Positions 37,885 through 46,535 of a stretch of DNA of 64,000 bases are shown in pieces. A program made the translations under genes and the position numbers. Where the stretch lies: the NCBI RefSeq assembly GCF_016888125.1, contig NZ_JACSWA010000582.1:37917-101916 (forward strand), written 5' to 3'. This stretch comes from Spirulina sp. CCY15215. Its GTDB lineage: Bacteria > Cyanobacteriota > Cyanobacteriia > Cyanobacteriales > Spirulinaceae. Position 1 is the first letter of the stretch; each line of letters begins with the position of its first letter. The notes under the pieces were generated by a model that was given only the letters and a program-made list of their open reading frames with translations, had not been told where the DNA came from and ran no database searches.

Positions 37885-40283
37885 GGCGATGATTGCAAGT
37901 GTTCCTTAACGAGACGAAACTGTTTTATTTTAATCCAATTCTGTGTATTGCGATCGGGAGAGGTAGATTCGTTATTATGCAAATTAATTGGCTCAAAACG
38001 CAAGGCTGTTAGTTTTTCTACCCGATCGCGTTCTAGAAGTTTAAGATCGTAACTATAACAATGTTCTGCCTCATCTGGCATTAAGGGAACATGAATAACT
38101 TGTTTGTGTGGAAAGTCTAATTGTCCGGAAAGTCGATAGCTAATACTGCTCATTCGCGGTTGAATGGTTTCCGAAGCCGCAATACAGAAGTAAAAATGAC
38201 TATAGTTGATTAAGGGGAGTGGAACTTTTAAATCATATTCCCAACTTCCGGGTTGTTCTTCTGAAATATGGGTCACTATTGATTCATTTTCTGGAAAAAG
38301 GTTTAAATTAGAAAGTTTTCCAAGTCGGGTTTGTGGGATAGGAAACTGGAAATCATTGGCATGGGTAGAGATAAATTGAGGATTCAAGTCAGTATTAGAT
38401 GGAGCAATAACTGGAGCAATAAAAGGGGTTTTAGCTGTTTTAGATCGATCCAAAAGTAGTTTAATCTGAGGATAACGAAAAACTCCTACCTGCTCGGGTA
38501 AATCAGATTGGATACTAAACTGTAAGATAATCGTTTGTCCTGCATATTCGCTTAGAGGAATTTGTATGGGTATCCAACGGAAATTGGCTAAAGATTGGGA
38601 GAATAAGGGAATAGTTTGTCCTCTCTCATCTTTTAAGGAAAGAGTAGCATCAAGAGCATGAGATTTGTTATTTTGACCTGGTGCGATCGCTGTTTTTAAA
38701 ATTGCCGATTGAGTAGTGGGAGGAATAGTTATTTTCCAAGTAATAATATTCCCTGTAGGAATGATAGCATTGAGATGTCGGTAATCGGAAAAAGGAAGAG
38801 GATTTTTTCCGCGATTAGAACTCCAGTAAACAGGTTGAGAATCTTGAAATCGTTCGATCTGTACCGTATTTAAAACAAAATCTCCTTGTAAGGTTCGAGT
38901 TTGCCGATGTGAAAATACTGTTAAACGATGGCGATGTAAAGGTTCTGCGATGCTTTGCATTCTCTCAAAATCTCCTCGTCCAAACATACTAAAAGGATAG
39001 TGTTCGCAATAGGTTGGAGAACTTTGATATTGTCGCAAACAGGATGCTGATACTGGAGTTATAGCATAAAGCCAAGAACCTTTATCTTCTATGGTTGTTA
39101 GTCCTGAAATGGCATATAGAAATGTTAATATTGCCAAGGTCAAGAATATCCATTGTTTTTTAAAACGATCGATCTTCACAATCGTACTATCTTGATTATA
39201 CAAGCAGTAGGTTAAACCAATAAACCCTAACCAAAAGGTTATTAAAGTGGGAGAATACCATGAAACTAATCCATTGCGAACACTACTAATTTGCCAAGAA
39301 TTAAATAGCCCAAAGTTCACTAACATTAATGATGGAGTTGCCGCTTTCCATAAACCTTGTTGGTTAATTAAAAATAATTTAACACCCAAGAAAATAATAC
39401 CAGTAATTGAGACAGCTAAAATACCAATTTCAATTAACTGTTCTCCATTTGTAAAGGGATAGCCTATTGCTTTGATAAAAACAATAGCATTCAGAAACAT
39501 GAATTCTTTTGTAGAATTTTTAGACTCGATTAAGATAAAGTAAGCATAAGGCATTATGCCAATAATAGTAAAAAATAACGACAAAAGATAATATTTTAGT
39601 TTATTATAATTTAGTGTTATGAGTCCTAATAAAAAAGTTGGAAAGCAGATTAGACCTGCTCCCCAAGACCATGCTGAAATTATTGCACCAATAGCACCAA
39701 CTATTACACCTAACCAACTATTCGCAAATCTAGTTATGCCCCAAATCCCCAATCCTAGTCCAAATAGTGTTGCACCAACGGGAATAGAAATATCGTCAGA
39801 AGTAAATATATCTATAGTCATTGGCGAAAAAAGAAAACTACTTAAAAATAAGAGGAGAAGTCCATTTTTCCAAGAATCAGGTAGATTAAAGGTTATTGCT
39901 TTATAAATTAAAATGGCAAACGATACTACTAAAAATAGTCCTGTATAAAGCTCCCAATAAATATTCCATTCACTGATCGAGACAATAAATATTCTGGATA
40001 AAAAATGAGTAATGTATAGATGGCCGCCTGCCCAAAAACTGTCCTGAAATAAATTGCTCCAATTGTATTGATTGGTCAAGACGCGATCGATAAAGGAAAT
40101 GTATTCAGTGACGTGATTAGAAGGATTATTTGCACCAGTTGTCGCAATGACATGAAAAATTCTTATAATAGGCAGTATTGCTAGAATAAAAAAGAATAGC
40201 TTTACATGAGTAAAACTATTCTTTTTCGATTTTTGATTCCCGTATTTGAATTGCATTGTTTTTGTAATACCTTTTGAGAACAA
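37881..40283 (-). CDS. large polytopic membrane protein with C-terminal soluble domain (GT-C-like glycosyltransferase/polymerase candidate)
   Basis: 800 aa. More than 10 TM helices in the N-terminal 430 aa, then a soluble domain. It is AT-rich and translationally coupled to tktC. Confidence 0.45.
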   Translation of the reverse strand: MFSKGITKTMQFKYGNQKSKKNSFTHVKLFFFILAILPIIRIFHVIATTGANNPSNHVTEYISFIDRVLTNQYNWSNLFQDSFWAGGHLYITHFLSRIFIVSISEWNIYWELYTGLFLVVSFAILIYKAITFNLPDSWKNGLLLLFLSSFLFSPMTIDIFTSDDISIPVGATLFGLGLGIWGITRFANSWLGVIVGAIGAIISAWSWGAGLICFPTFLLGLITLNYNKLKYYLLSLFFTIIGIMPYAYFILIESKNSTKEFMFLNAIVFIKAIGYPFTNGEQLIEIGILAVSITGIIFLGVKLFLINQQGLWKAATPSLMLVNFGLFNSWQISSVRNGLVSWYSPTLITFWLGFIGLTYCLYNQDSTIVKIDRFKKQWIFLTLAILTFLYAISGLTTIEDKGSWLYAITPVSASCLRQYQSSPTYCEHYPFSMFGRGDFERMQSIAEPLHRHRLTVFSHRQTRTLQGDFVLNTVQIERFQDSQPVYWSSNRGKNPLPFSDYRHLNAIIPTGNIITWKITIPPTTQSAILKTAIAPGQNNKSHALDATLSLKDERGQTIPLFSQSLANFRWIPIQIPLSEYAGQTIILQFSIQSDLPEQVGVFRYPQIKLLLDRSKTAKTPFIAPVIAPSNTDLNPQFISTHANDFQFPIPQTRLGKLSNLNLFPENESIVTHISEEQPGSWEYDLKVPLPLINYSHFYFCIAASETIQPRMSSISYRLSGQLDFPHKQVIHVPLMPDEAEHCYSYDLKLLERDRVEKLTALRFEPINLHNNESTSPDRNTQNWIKIKQFRLVKEHLQSSP

Positions 40284-40403
40284 AAGTAATTATTTAAAGG
40301 ATTGACCAAAAAAGCATAACATGAAAATATTTTTTTATGTCAGTTTTTAGACTCAGGACAATATAGCATAATACAAATGCTATTTTTATTTCCCGATCGC
40401 CTT

Positions 40404-41291
40404 ATGGAAAATGCCAAACTCCCCAATTTTTTTATCGGTGTTGACGGTGGTGCAACAAAAACTATTGTCCGCGTTGAGGACGAAAACGGCAATCTTTTAG
40501 GAGAAGGCAAAAGCGGCACCTCTAATATTCGTCTCTCGGTAGAGAATACATGGACATCGATTCACACTGCCCTCGAACAAGCCCTTCTACCCACGGGAAT
40601 TATCTTAAATGCCCGCGCAGGCAATTTCTTTTGTTGTGCTGGGTTAGCGGGGACTCAGGTACCTTCTGCTTGTGAGGAATTTCTTGCCCAACCCCATCCT
40701 TTTCGCAAGTTGGTTCTTGAGTCTGATGGCTATATCTCCTGTGTGGGGGCGCATGGGGGCAAAGATGGGGCGGTTATTGCCATTGGGACAGGGGTTGTCG
40801 CTTATCAAATTGACGCGGGAAAAGTTTCGCGGGTGAGTGGTTGGGGTTTTCCTCAAGGAGATGAGGGTAGCGGTGCTTGGTTGGGGTTGGAAGCAGTCCG
40901 GGCAACCTTACACTGGCAAGATGGACGTGGAGATAATTCTCCCTTAATTGAAGCAGTTTTGGCGCATTTTCAGGATGATTGGACTCAGTTTATTATTTGG
41001 GTTAACCAGGCAAAATCTACGCAATTTGCTGAACTTGCCCCTATTGTTGTCAAACAGGCGATCGCCGAAACTCCCCTCGCAGTGGAATTGCTGCAACAGG
41101 CTGCAAGGGATATCGATCGCATTGGCGAAGCATTAGCGGCAAAAACGAGTCAACCTCTTCCTTGTGCTTTGTTGGGGGGTTTAGCCCCTTTTATTGAACC
41201 GAGATTGGGGGAAAACTTGCGATCGCGCCTGGTTCCCCCACAGTACAATGCGGCAAAAGGGGCGGTTTTGCGTCTTCGTCAGTTGGTTTAA
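40404..41291 (+). CDS. BadF/BadG/BcrA/BcrD-type ATPase (N-acetylglucosamine kinase-like)
   Basis: FFIGVDGGATKT phosphate-1 motif and DGY...AIGTG in an ASKHA fold of the GlcNAc-kinase family. The likely start is the Met MENAKL. Confidence 0.65.
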   Translation: MENAKLPNFFIGVDGGATKTIVRVEDENGNLLGEGKSGTSNIRLSVENTWTSIHTALEQALLPTGIILNARAGNFFCCAGLAGTQVPSACEEFLAQPHPFRKLVLESDGYISCVGAHGGKDGAVIAIGTGVVAYQIDAGKVSRVSGWGFPQGDEGSGAWLGLEAVRATLHWQDGRGDNSPLIEAVLAHFQDDWTQFIIWVNQAKSTQFAELAPIVVKQAIAETPLAVELLQQAARDIDRIGEALAAKTSQPLPCALLGGLAPFIEPRLGENLRSRLVPPQYNAAKGAVLRLRQLV

Positions 41292-41406
41292 AAGAATTTT
41301 CTCGATAAGTTTTCTTTCTTCACAAAATCCTCACGATGTTTTGTTATACCTAAGACAATTCAATAACGTTGATCGCACTATATAAGATCGGCAAATAAGA
41401 GACAGC

Positions 41407-41438
41407 CCCCGGAATGCAAATTCTGGGGTTTGTTGGTT
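41407..41438 (+). terminator. rho-independent terminator
   Basis: CCCCGGAA-TGCAAA-TTCTGGGG forms an 8-bp stem (one G-U pair) followed by TTTGTTGGTT. Confidence 0.6.
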
Positions 41439-41582
41439 AAGGGGAATTGGTTTACCCGTTGGTTTAAAAGAATTTTCTCGATAAGTTTTCTTTCTTCACA
41501 AAATCCTCACGATGTTTTGTTATATCTAAGACAATTCAATAACGCCGATCGCGCTATATAAGATTGGCAAATAAGAGACAGC

Positions 41583-41617
41583 CCCCGGAAGTAAAAAATT
41601 CTGGGGTTTGTTGGTTT
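41583..41617 (+). terminator. rho-independent terminator (duplicate copy)
   Basis: CCCCGGAA-GTAAAAAA-TTCTGGGG followed by TTTGTTGGTTT. Confidence 0.55.
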
Positions 41618-41771
41618 AGAGAAGTTGAACCAGAAATCATCAGAAAGAAATGGGAATGATGCAGCTTTGCTCGGTTTTTTACAAAAATTCATATTTTTGC
41701 GAAAGCAAAAATTAAGTCATAATGGGTAGAAATAGAGTGAGATATCATTTATAGTTTAAAATTAGGGAAGC

Positions 41772-42512
41772 GTGGTAGAGCGAATTGATGCGAAAAACAT
41801 TGAGCCAATGCTCAAAAAACTCATAGATATTGCTGCAACCGTCGAACCAAATCTGTCCGATCGCCTGAAGGAAATCGATCGATGGGCTGGACAAGAGAAG
41901 GCGGGATTTCTGACAAGTCGCAAGTTTTTAATGGCGTTTCTTGCGGAAATCATTGAAGATGCACAAATATGGTTAACTTTACAAGAGAATGAAATACAAT
42001 CTGCCCATGAGGAATATAATGAGGAATGCCAACAAAGACTCGCCCAAGAAATGACTCCTCCCCTCGCGTATTGGTATTCTGAACTTTTTCCCCTTTGGTT
42101 TAGGAGTAGCGATCGCAAATTTTCTCAATGGAAGAATTGTCTAAAATCTGGCAAACACAGTGCCGATGATGCAACGGAGCTTAATTTATTGGTTGAAAAA
42201 ATTCAAGAGCGGGGAGGGAATGTATTATGTAGAAAGATCATTGATTTTTCCATGTCTACCGATTTAATTGTTAGCGGTCGTCAGTCCAATACCAGTTTGT
42301 GCGTTCAAATCACAAAAATGGGCGAATCAGAACAAATGCGAGAAAAAATAAAGTTATGGGAAAAGACATTAAAATGTTGGGATATTAAAAGAGGACTTTT
42401 TGTTAGCTTAGATCCTGCCAATTTCCCCGATTCTATCCAATCTGCCAGCAATTTAATTCTTTTTAATAGCGATCGCATGAAATCAGAAGGTTACAAAAGT
42501 TTTAGTTTCTAG
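41772..42512 (+). CDS. hypothetical protein
   Basis: 246-aa ORF bounded by repeat elements. No recognisable domain. Confidence 0.35.
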   Translation: MVERIDAKNIEPMLKKLIDIAATVEPNLSDRLKEIDRWAGQEKAGFLTSRKFLMAFLAEIIEDAQIWLTLQENEIQSAHEEYNEECQQRLAQEMTPPLAYWYSELFPLWFRSSDRKFSQWKNCLKSGKHSADDATELNLLVEKIQERGGNVLCRKIIDFSMSTDLIVSGRQSNTSLCVQITKMGESEQMREKIKLWEKTLKCWDIKRGLFVSLDPANFPDSIQSASNLILFNSDRMKSEGYKSFSF

Positions 42513-42520
42513 TTCAATAG

Positions 42521-42647
42521 GACTTAGGCATTAACGGGCAAACTTACGCATTAACGGGCAAACTTACGCATTAACGGGCAAGATGCCCGCACTACTATCA
42601 CTATAGAACACAGTAGTGGGAGCGTCTCGCTCCTTAACGGCGTAAGT
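42521..42647. mobile_element. MITE-like small dispersed repeat with triplicated 20-bp terminal unit (ACTTACGCATTAACGGGCAA x3)
   Basis: It has the same core (GATGCCCGCACTAC...GTAGTGGGAGCGTCTCGCTCC) and ends (ACTTACGCA / GCGTAAGT) as 12874-12959, but in opposite orientation. Confidence 0.5.
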
Positions 42648-42657
42648 TCTACTCAAT

Positions 42658-43347
42658 TTGACTCAGTTTAAAATCATCACTTTAATTCAAAAAAAGGCAA
42701 CCAAAAATATGAATTCAGGAAAACTCGACCTGCTTTTATCTTCTTTACAAAAAGTCAAAAAAATGCAGGCAGATCGTTTGAATTTAGGATCGGATTATAT
42801 CGATCTCTATATTGATAACGTCGAGGGAGATTGGCTTGAAAATTGGGGGCAGCAAGCAACAGCAGCACAAAATTTATCGCAACATTTAACAGATTCAGGA
42901 CAAACAAATTTAGGAGAGTGGCTGGAAGATGAAGCGATCGCGGAATGGCAAAAAGTTGAAGATATTTTTACTTCATTTCCCCAGCAAAAACTCGGGGCTT
43001 CCTCTAGCAATGTTGCCAGCAAAACGAGACTTGTCGAACGTTGTAAGCAGATCGATTTAGGAAAAGTTGCGAAAGCGCGTACTATTGTTTTAATTGTCAG
43101 CTTACGCCCTCAAAGTGATTCTACGCTAGACATTGAGATCGCCCTGCGTCCCCTGCCTCCCGATACCGAACTCCCTCAAGGGCTGAAATTGTATCTCCTC
43201 TCAGATGGCGGAAAAATCATGGAAGCGATCGCCGTTGAACAAAACAGCGAATCAATTTCTCTGACATTAGCCGGGAAATGCGGGACGCGATTCCAAATTC
43301 AGGCGATCGGGGAAGGGGTTGATATTACTGAAGATTTTGAAATTTGA
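42658..43347 (+). CDS. hypothetical protein (possibly DUF1822-like)
   Basis: 229 aa. The architecture vaguely resembles cyanobacterial DUF1822 proteins. Not verified. Confidence 0.35.
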   Translation: MTQFKIITLIQKKATKNMNSGKLDLLLSSLQKVKKMQADRLNLGSDYIDLYIDNVEGDWLENWGQQATAAQNLSQHLTDSGQTNLGEWLEDEAIAEWQKVEDIFTSFPQQKLGASSSNVASKTRLVERCKQIDLGKVAKARTIVLIVSLRPQSDSTLDIEIALRPLPPDTELPQGLKLYLLSDGGKIMEAIAVEQNSESISLTLAGKCGTRFQIQAIGEGVDITEDFEI

Positions 43348-43382
43348 GGGACTCTCCTGAAGATTGCGCCCTCTGCTGACCC

Positions 43383-43447
43383 CAAAATCTTGATAATTGG
43401 GAATCAATAATTGATAATTAAGAAATTGATAATCAATTATTGATAAT
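43383..43447. promoter_or_regulatory. array of GATAAT/TTGATAATT hexamer repeats upstream of pdhC (Fur-box-like operator candidate)
   Basis: Four TTGATAAT units, including the near-palindrome ATTGATAATCAATTATTGATAATTG, lie 5-70 bp upstream of the pdhC ATG. Confidence 0.3.
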
Positions 43448-43453
43448 TGTTCC

Positions 43454-44743
43454 ATGATCCACGACATTTTCATGCCCGCGCTTAGTTCCACCATGACCGA
43501 AGGGAAAATCGTCTCTTGGGTGAAATCCCCTGGCGATAAGGTCGAAAAAGGGGAAACCGTCGTCGTGGTGGAGTCGGATAAAGCAGATATGGACGTGGAA
43601 TCGTTCTATAGCGGCTATCTGGCTACCATTTTAGTTGAAGCCGGACAAGAGGCACCCGTCGGCAGTGCGATCGCCTTCGTCGCTGAAACTGAGGCCGAAA
43701 TCGAACAGGCGAAACAAAAAGCCCCGACTTCCCCAAGTTCCGCCCCTGTAGCCCCATCTGCGCCCTCAACTCCCCCTACACCTACAGTTAGCGAAACCCC
43801 TACAACTGCCCCTACACCTGCTGCCAGCAACCATAATGGTAGAATTGTCGCCTCTCCCCGCGCCCGCAAATTGGCGAAAACCCTCAAGGTTGATTTGGCA
43901 ACTATCCAAGGAAGCGGACCCTATGGACGCATCACAGCAGAGGATGTAGAAGTCGCAACGGGAACAGCAGCCGAGAGTACAGCCCTAACGACAACTCCGG
44001 CGGTCACAATGGTTAGCCAACCTGCCTCACCTTCCCCAAAACCCGTTCATGTTCCGGCTGCGGCGACACCAGGGGAAACCAAGCCCATGAATACGCTACA
44101 AAAGGCGGTGGTACGAAATATGCTGGCTAGTGTGGAGGTTCCCGATTTTCACGTGGGCTATACCATTACAACGGATGAGTTAGACAAACTCTACAAGCAA
44201 ATTAAAGCCAAGGGTGTGACGATGACGGCATTGTTAGCAAAAGCTGTAGCGATGGCTTTACAAAAGCATCCTATTGTTAACGCTGCTTACGTGCAAGATG
44301 CGATCGCCTATCCCAGTGGAATTAATATTTCTGTTGCTGTTGCAATGCCCGATGGTGGGTTAATTACTCCCGTGTTAAAAGATGCCGATAAGCAGGATAT
44401 TTATTCTCTTTCTCGGACTTGGAAAGGATTAGTCGATCGCGCCCGATCCAAACAATTACAACCGGATGAATACAATAGCGGCACTTTTACACTTTCTAAT
44501 TTAGGAATGTTTGGAGTCGATCGCTTTGATGCTATTCTTCCGCCTGGACAAGGGGCAATTTTGGCGATCGGGGCTTCTCGTCCTCAAGTTGTCGCAACCC
44601 CGGAAGGATTATTAGGCGTTAAGCGTCAGATGCAGGTTAATTTAACTTGCGATCACCGGGTTATTTATGGGGCTGATGCGGCTGCATTTTTAAAGGATTT
44701 GGCAAAGTTAATTGAAACTAATGTTCAATCTTTAACAATGTAG
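43454..44743 (+). CDS. pdhC: dihydrolipoamide acetyltransferase (E2) of pyruvate dehydrogenase complex
   Basis: Lipoyl domain (ESDKADMDVES), Pro/Ala-rich linker, E3-binding domain (SPRARKLAK...GSGPYGRIT) and catalytic DHRVIYGADAA. Confidence 0.9.
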   Translation: MIHDIFMPALSSTMTEGKIVSWVKSPGDKVEKGETVVVVESDKADMDVESFYSGYLATILVEAGQEAPVGSAIAFVAETEAEIEQAKQKAPTSPSSAPVAPSAPSTPPTPTVSETPTTAPTPAASNHNGRIVASPRARKLAKTLKVDLATIQGSGPYGRITAEDVEVATGTAAESTALTTTPAVTMVSQPASPSPKPVHVPAAATPGETKPMNTLQKAVVRNMLASVEVPDFHVGYTITTDELDKLYKQIKAKGVTMTALLAKAVAMALQKHPIVNAAYVQDAIAYPSGINISVAVAMPDGGLITPVLKDADKQDIYSLSRTWKGLVDRARSKQLQPDEYNSGTFTLSNLGMFGVDRFDAILPPGQGAILAIGASRPQVVATPEGLLGVKRQMQVNLTCDHRVIYGADAAAFLKDLAKLIETNVQSLTM

Positions 44744-44794
44744 TTGTAATGGGTACATCTCAGTTTTACAAAAATAGGGAGCAGGTGGACAAGA

Positions 44795-44952
44795 TGCCCG
44801 CACTACAATTATCAGCTATTGTAGTGGGAGCGTCTCGCTCCCTAGCTTTATGATTATGAGACCCTAGCTTTATGATTATGAGACCCTAGCTTTATGATTA
44901 TGAGACCCTAGCTTTATGATTATGAGACCCTAGCTTTATGATTATGAGATAA
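44795..44952. repeat. partial copy of MITE-like core (GATGCCCGCACTAC...GTAGTGGGAGCGTCTCGCTCC) followed by 5 x 23-bp tandem repeats (CTAGCTTTATGATTATGAGACC)
   Basis: Directly visible between pdhC and the next ORF. Confidence 0.75.
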
Positions 44953-44967
44953 TTATGAGAGGAAATA

Positions 44968-45258
44968 ATGACAACAGATTTAAAAACTCAATTGCAAGAA
45001 GAAATCGCTGAGATCGATTGGAATGCCTTACAGCCTCATGCGCGTCGAGATGCTTTAATTGTGGTCAATCCTTTGTTAGATTTAGTTGCAGTGGGGGTTG
45101 CGATCGCAGAAGATAATAAGCAAGTAGTCGATCGGTGGATCCGCGAACAGTTAATTTGTAAACCTTCTGTGGACGATTTAAGTAATTGGAACGCGCAACC
45201 CGAGAAAATGTTTAAGACATTAATTGTACAGCCTTTTGTTTTAATCTCTGCGATTTAA
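44968..45258 (+). CDS. hypothetical protein (DUF2288-like)
   Basis: 96-aa conserved-looking small protein. The family assignment comes from memory only. Confidence 0.35.
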   Translation: MTTDLKTQLQEEIAEIDWNALQPHARRDALIVVNPLLDLVAVGVAIAEDNKQVVDRWIREQLICKPSVDDLSNWNAQPEKMFKTLIVQPFVLISAI

Positions 45259-45351
45259 TTCAATATGACACTTCAGATTTTACCACATCCTTGACGTAAA
45301 AATACCAGAAAACGACCGAGAATTGGCATTAATCAAACTTGGTATTTCGTT

Positions 45352-46134
45352 ATGAATGCAAGAGAAGTTGGCAATTTTGCCTGGTTTACTGTCGTTTTAG
45401 TTCTTCTGGTTCTGTTCGTTTTTGGTATTTTGCAGTGGTTGGGAATTTCCGCAGGTAGTTTTATTGATTGGATTGTCGGTTTAGCCAGTATTTGGTGGTT
45501 AATTGCGATCGTGACTATTCCTTGGAATATTCATTTTAGTGCAAAAGAAGTCCTTGTGGATGCCGATCGCTCTCGAAAAAAGGAAATTCCCGTTGATAGC
45601 GAAAAATTGAATTATGTCCGAGTTGTCATGCAGCGATCGCTATGGGTTGCGATCGGATTGCATATTTTTTCAGCATTGGGTTTATATCTTCTCGCACTGA
45701 CGGGAGTAAGTCGCATTGGTTATGTTAGTTCTGCGGCTACACTTTTATTTACAGGTTTACGTCCAGCAGTTTCATTTTATCAATATCTCGCCCATCGTTT
45801 GCATTCCATCCGTCATGAATTCAAATATCCTCGTGAAGATATTGTCGAAGTTTGGAATCGCTTAAAACAAGTTGAAGCATCTAGCAAAGAATTGCAAAAA
45901 CAACTCAACTTTAAAAACGCCGATTCGATTGTATCATCTCAACAGCGTCAATTGGAGGCCATTCGTCAAGATTTGACCAATTTGGCGAGTTCTCACGAAG
46001 GTTTAAAAGCACAAAACCAAGCAGATCACGATCGCATTGCAAGGGAGGCCAAAAATGCGATCGCGCAATTGAGTGAGGATAGCGAATTTCTCGATCGCGT
46101 TCGGGAAATTATCCGCTTTTTCAAACAAGCGTAA
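45352..46134 (+). CDS. hypothetical membrane protein with C-terminal coiled coil
   Basis: About 4 TM helices in the first 150 aa, then a coiled-coil tail. Confidence 0.4.
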   Translation: MNAREVGNFAWFTVVLVLLVLFVFGILQWLGISAGSFIDWIVGLASIWWLIAIVTIPWNIHFSAKEVLVDADRSRKKEIPVDSEKLNYVRVVMQRSLWVAIGLHIFSALGLYLLALTGVSRIGYVSSAATLLFTGLRPAVSFYQYLAHRLHSIRHEFKYPREDIVEVWNRLKQVEASSKELQKQLNFKNADSIVSSQQRQLEAIRQDLTNLASSHEGLKAQNQADHDRIAREAKNAIAQLSEDSEFLDRVREIIRFFKQA

Positions 46135-46156
46135 AAACCTGAAATGTTGATTTGTT

Positions 46157-46194
46157 CTTGCAAACATTCCAGTTTGCAAGCATTTCAATTTTTT
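46157..46194 (+). terminator. rho-independent terminator
   Basis: CTTGCAAAC-ATTCCA-GTTTGCAAG forms a perfect 9-bp stem followed by CATTTCAATTTTTT. Confidence 0.55.
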
Positions 46195-46228
46195 GCTGAT
46201 ACAATAATATTATTTAGGACAAGAACCC

Positions 46229-46504
46229 ATGACTACATCTGAAAACATAGAAAATCGCGTTACTGCTGTAGAAACAGACAACGAAGCCCTACGAGAAATC
46301 GTATTGGGTGCATTGCAAATTGCAGCACAAAATACCAGCGCGATCGCTACATTAACCGCAGATGTGCGATCGCTAGAAAGGCTATTTGCAGAATATGCCG
46401 AACGTTCAGAACGCGATCGCCTCGCTTTAGTTGGAATGCAAACAGAAGTAAGACGTGCTATTGAATTATTTTTAGAACGCGATCGCAATGATGATAAGAA
46501 TTGA
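46229..46504 (+). CDS. hypothetical coiled-coil protein
   Basis: 91-aa ORF. No family recognised. Confidence 0.3.
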   Translation: MTTSENIENRVTAVETDNEALREIVLGALQIAAQNTSAIATLTADVRSLERLFAEYAERSERDRLALVGMQTEVRRAIELFLERDRNDDKN

Positions 46505-46535
46505 GTTTCAGATATTCCAGTGCGATCGCCAACTG

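Larger units (their letters stand above)
41285..41617 (+). repeat. tandem duplication of a 154-bp module including an intrinsic terminator (copy 1 41285-41438, copy 2 41461-41617)
   Basis: The two copies are about 95% identical (GGTTTAAAAGAATTTTCTCGATAAG...GACAGCCCCCGGAA...TTCTGGGGTTTGTTGGTT). Copy 1 starts inside the last codons of the kinase gene. Confidence 0.85.

Noticed and set aside
42522-42590. Possible CRISPR array (also the tandem repeats at 44847-44950 and 55585-55736)
   Set aside because: The repeats are directly adjacent with no unique spacers. Unit lengths (20-23 bp) are short, and no cas genes are nearby. They are simple tandem repeats.
43615-43887. 90-aa antisense ORF in pdhC
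   Set aside because: It lies in the Ala/Pro-rich linker region of E2, which yields open frames on both strands.
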